Assembly: GCA_037137395.1 (NCBI GenBank)
Contig: JBAXKK010000051.1
Span: 1 to 18,561, forward strand
Length of the DNA: 18,561 nt
Direction: 5' to 3'
From: Elusimicrobiota bacterium
Lineage (GTDB): Bacteria > Elusimicrobiota > Elusimicrobia > Elusimicrobiales > UBA9959
Below the pieces are notes generated by a model, which was not told the origin of the DNA, searched no databases, and saw only the letters and a list, made by a program, of their open reading frames with translations. The position numbers and the translations under genes were made by a program. Positions 17,433 to 18,561 of the stretch are shown here, piece by piece. The number at the start of each line of letters is the position of its first letter. The stretch's first letter is position 1.

Positions 17433-18525
17433 GTTCTTTCTCCTCCGTCGCCGTGACCGGCGCGCTTAGTGTTACTTCCGCGTCTTTGGCCACCAGCCGC
17501 AATTCTCTCCCGCCGATATTTCCTACAAGGTACGTCGGCGGCGTATAGCCTGCTGCTGTCGGCATGGCTTCCTGTACCGCCGCCGTATTCCCGGCGATTA
17601 TCTGCTTCACCTGACCAGCCACGCCGTAGTACCGGTCTGACGGGATCAGATTCCCTATTCCCTGGTGCGGACGCTTGAAGTTGTAATACTCTATGTATTC
17701 TCCTATTTTCGCCTCGGCTTCTTCAAACGTCGCCAGCGGCACCTTCGTCAGGCACTCCTGATACAGATTCCGCCAGAACGACTCGATCTTGCCGCACGTC
17801 TGCGGATGATACGGCCGACTACGGATATGCCGTATCCCCAGCTTCGTCAGCATCGTGGTGAATTTACTCTTACCGCGCCAGGTGTGATACTGCCGCCCGT
17901 TATCGCTCAGCACTTCCTTTGGCATTCCGCGCTTCTCAATAGCCGCCCGGAACACTTCCTGCACGTTGTCACCCTTCTGGAACCGGTATAGCCCCCAGCC
18001 CACCATGAACCGGCTGTTATCGTCCATGAATCCGATCAGGTATACCCGGTACTGCCCTTTCAGCATGAACGTCATAATGTCCGTCTGCCAGAGGTCATTG
18101 GGACAGGCGCGCTCGAAGCTTTTTACTTTTACCGGCTTGTTACGACGCTTCAGCTTTACTTCCTGCGGCTCCACGCCGTTGCGCCGCAGCAGTTTTCTTA
18201 CCGTTTCCCGTGCCATCTTCAGGAAACCGTGCCGGTACAATGTCCCCTGCACCTTTCCTATGCCGGCTTCTGGCTCCGCCTTTACTATTTCTTTGACTAT
18301 TTGCTCCGCCGCCGTTACTTTGGGACTGAACTGCCGCGTTCTGCCCCTGGGCCCGGCTTCCAGCCCGGCTATCCCGTTGCGCTCATAGGCACATGTCCAT
18401 TTTGAAACCATGGTCGGATGCACGCCGTACATCTTTCCCACATCGCTCAGGGAAAGGCCCTGCTGCCGGGTCTGGACTATTTCCAGCTTCCCGGCTACGC
18501 CTAATGTACCTTTTTTCGTTTTCAT
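17098..18525 (-). CDS. IS481-family transposase (HTH + integrase core)
   Basis: N-terminal HTH (VGKMYGVHPTMVSKW) and DDE motifs LWQTD, MDDNSRF, SDNGRQY, PQTCGKIESFW and YNFKRPHQGI. RBS AGGAGG at 18532-18537. Confidence 0.92.
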   Translation of the reverse strand: MKTKKGTLGVAGKLEIVQTRQQGLSLSDVGKMYGVHPTMVSKWTCAYERNGIAGLEAGPRGRTRQFSPKVTAAEQIVKEIVKAEPEAGIGKVQGTLYRHGFLKMARETVRKLLRRNGVEPQEVKLKRRNKPVKVKSFERACPNDLWQTDIMTFMLKGQYRVYLIGFMDDNSRFMVGWGLYRFQKGDNVQEVFRAAIEKRGMPKEVLSDNGRQYHTWRGKSKFTTMLTKLGIRHIRSRPYHPQTCGKIESFWRNLYQECLTKVPLATFEEAEAKIGEYIEYYNFKRPHQGIGNLIPSDRYYGVAGQVKQIIAGNTAAVQEAMPTAAGYTPPTYLVGNIGGRELRLVAKDAEVTLSAPVTATEEKEHGEADKIIESAGAAGADPVGDRAPADGGTPVQTGGSIAGAVLPVDEAGAGGGAACVGSQASRAENPVTVPGEAVTEARGASESAGNGAGEVTQGAQLPEAGGENCAAHNPA

Positions 18526-18561
18526 TCTTGTCCTCCTGACTTGATTTCCGGAGGCCAGAAT

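Larger units (their letters stand above)
16008..18561 (-). mobile_element. IS481-like element with two DDE transposase genes; the other end is outside the window
   Basis: Begins with TGT (TGTCCTGTCCAGTTCAATCTGAG), the IS481-type terminus, 13 nt beyond the last transposase stop. It interrupts the nuclease gene and carries three co-oriented minus-strand ORFs. GC content is visibly higher than in the flanking gene. Confidence 0.85.

Noticed and set aside
1..18561. Composite transposon carrying BREX
   Set aside because: The two flanking elements belong to different families with unrelated ends, and each interrupts its own target gene.

Overview
An eight-gene + strand operon sits between two unrelated insertion sequences, each of which has cut a flanking gene. 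The core is a type 1-like BREX anti-phage locus: a BrxA-position gene, brxB, brxC, pglX, pglZ and brxL. Two accessory genes follow it closely, an FRG-domain protein and a NucS/EndoMS-like PD-(D/E)xK nuclease. On the left, a complete 1200-bp IS3-family (IS407-group) element has cut a gene whose remnant still carries a HExxH zinc-peptidase motif that the ORF track misses. On the right, a TGT-ended element starting at 16008 truncates the nuclease and runs off the window. It appears to encode two different DDE transposases in tandem. One is IS481-like; the other is an overlapping OrfA joined to a second DDE domain by a predicted -1 frameshift. No RNA genes or CRISPR arrays were seen. All family assignments come from motif recognition by eye, not database searches.
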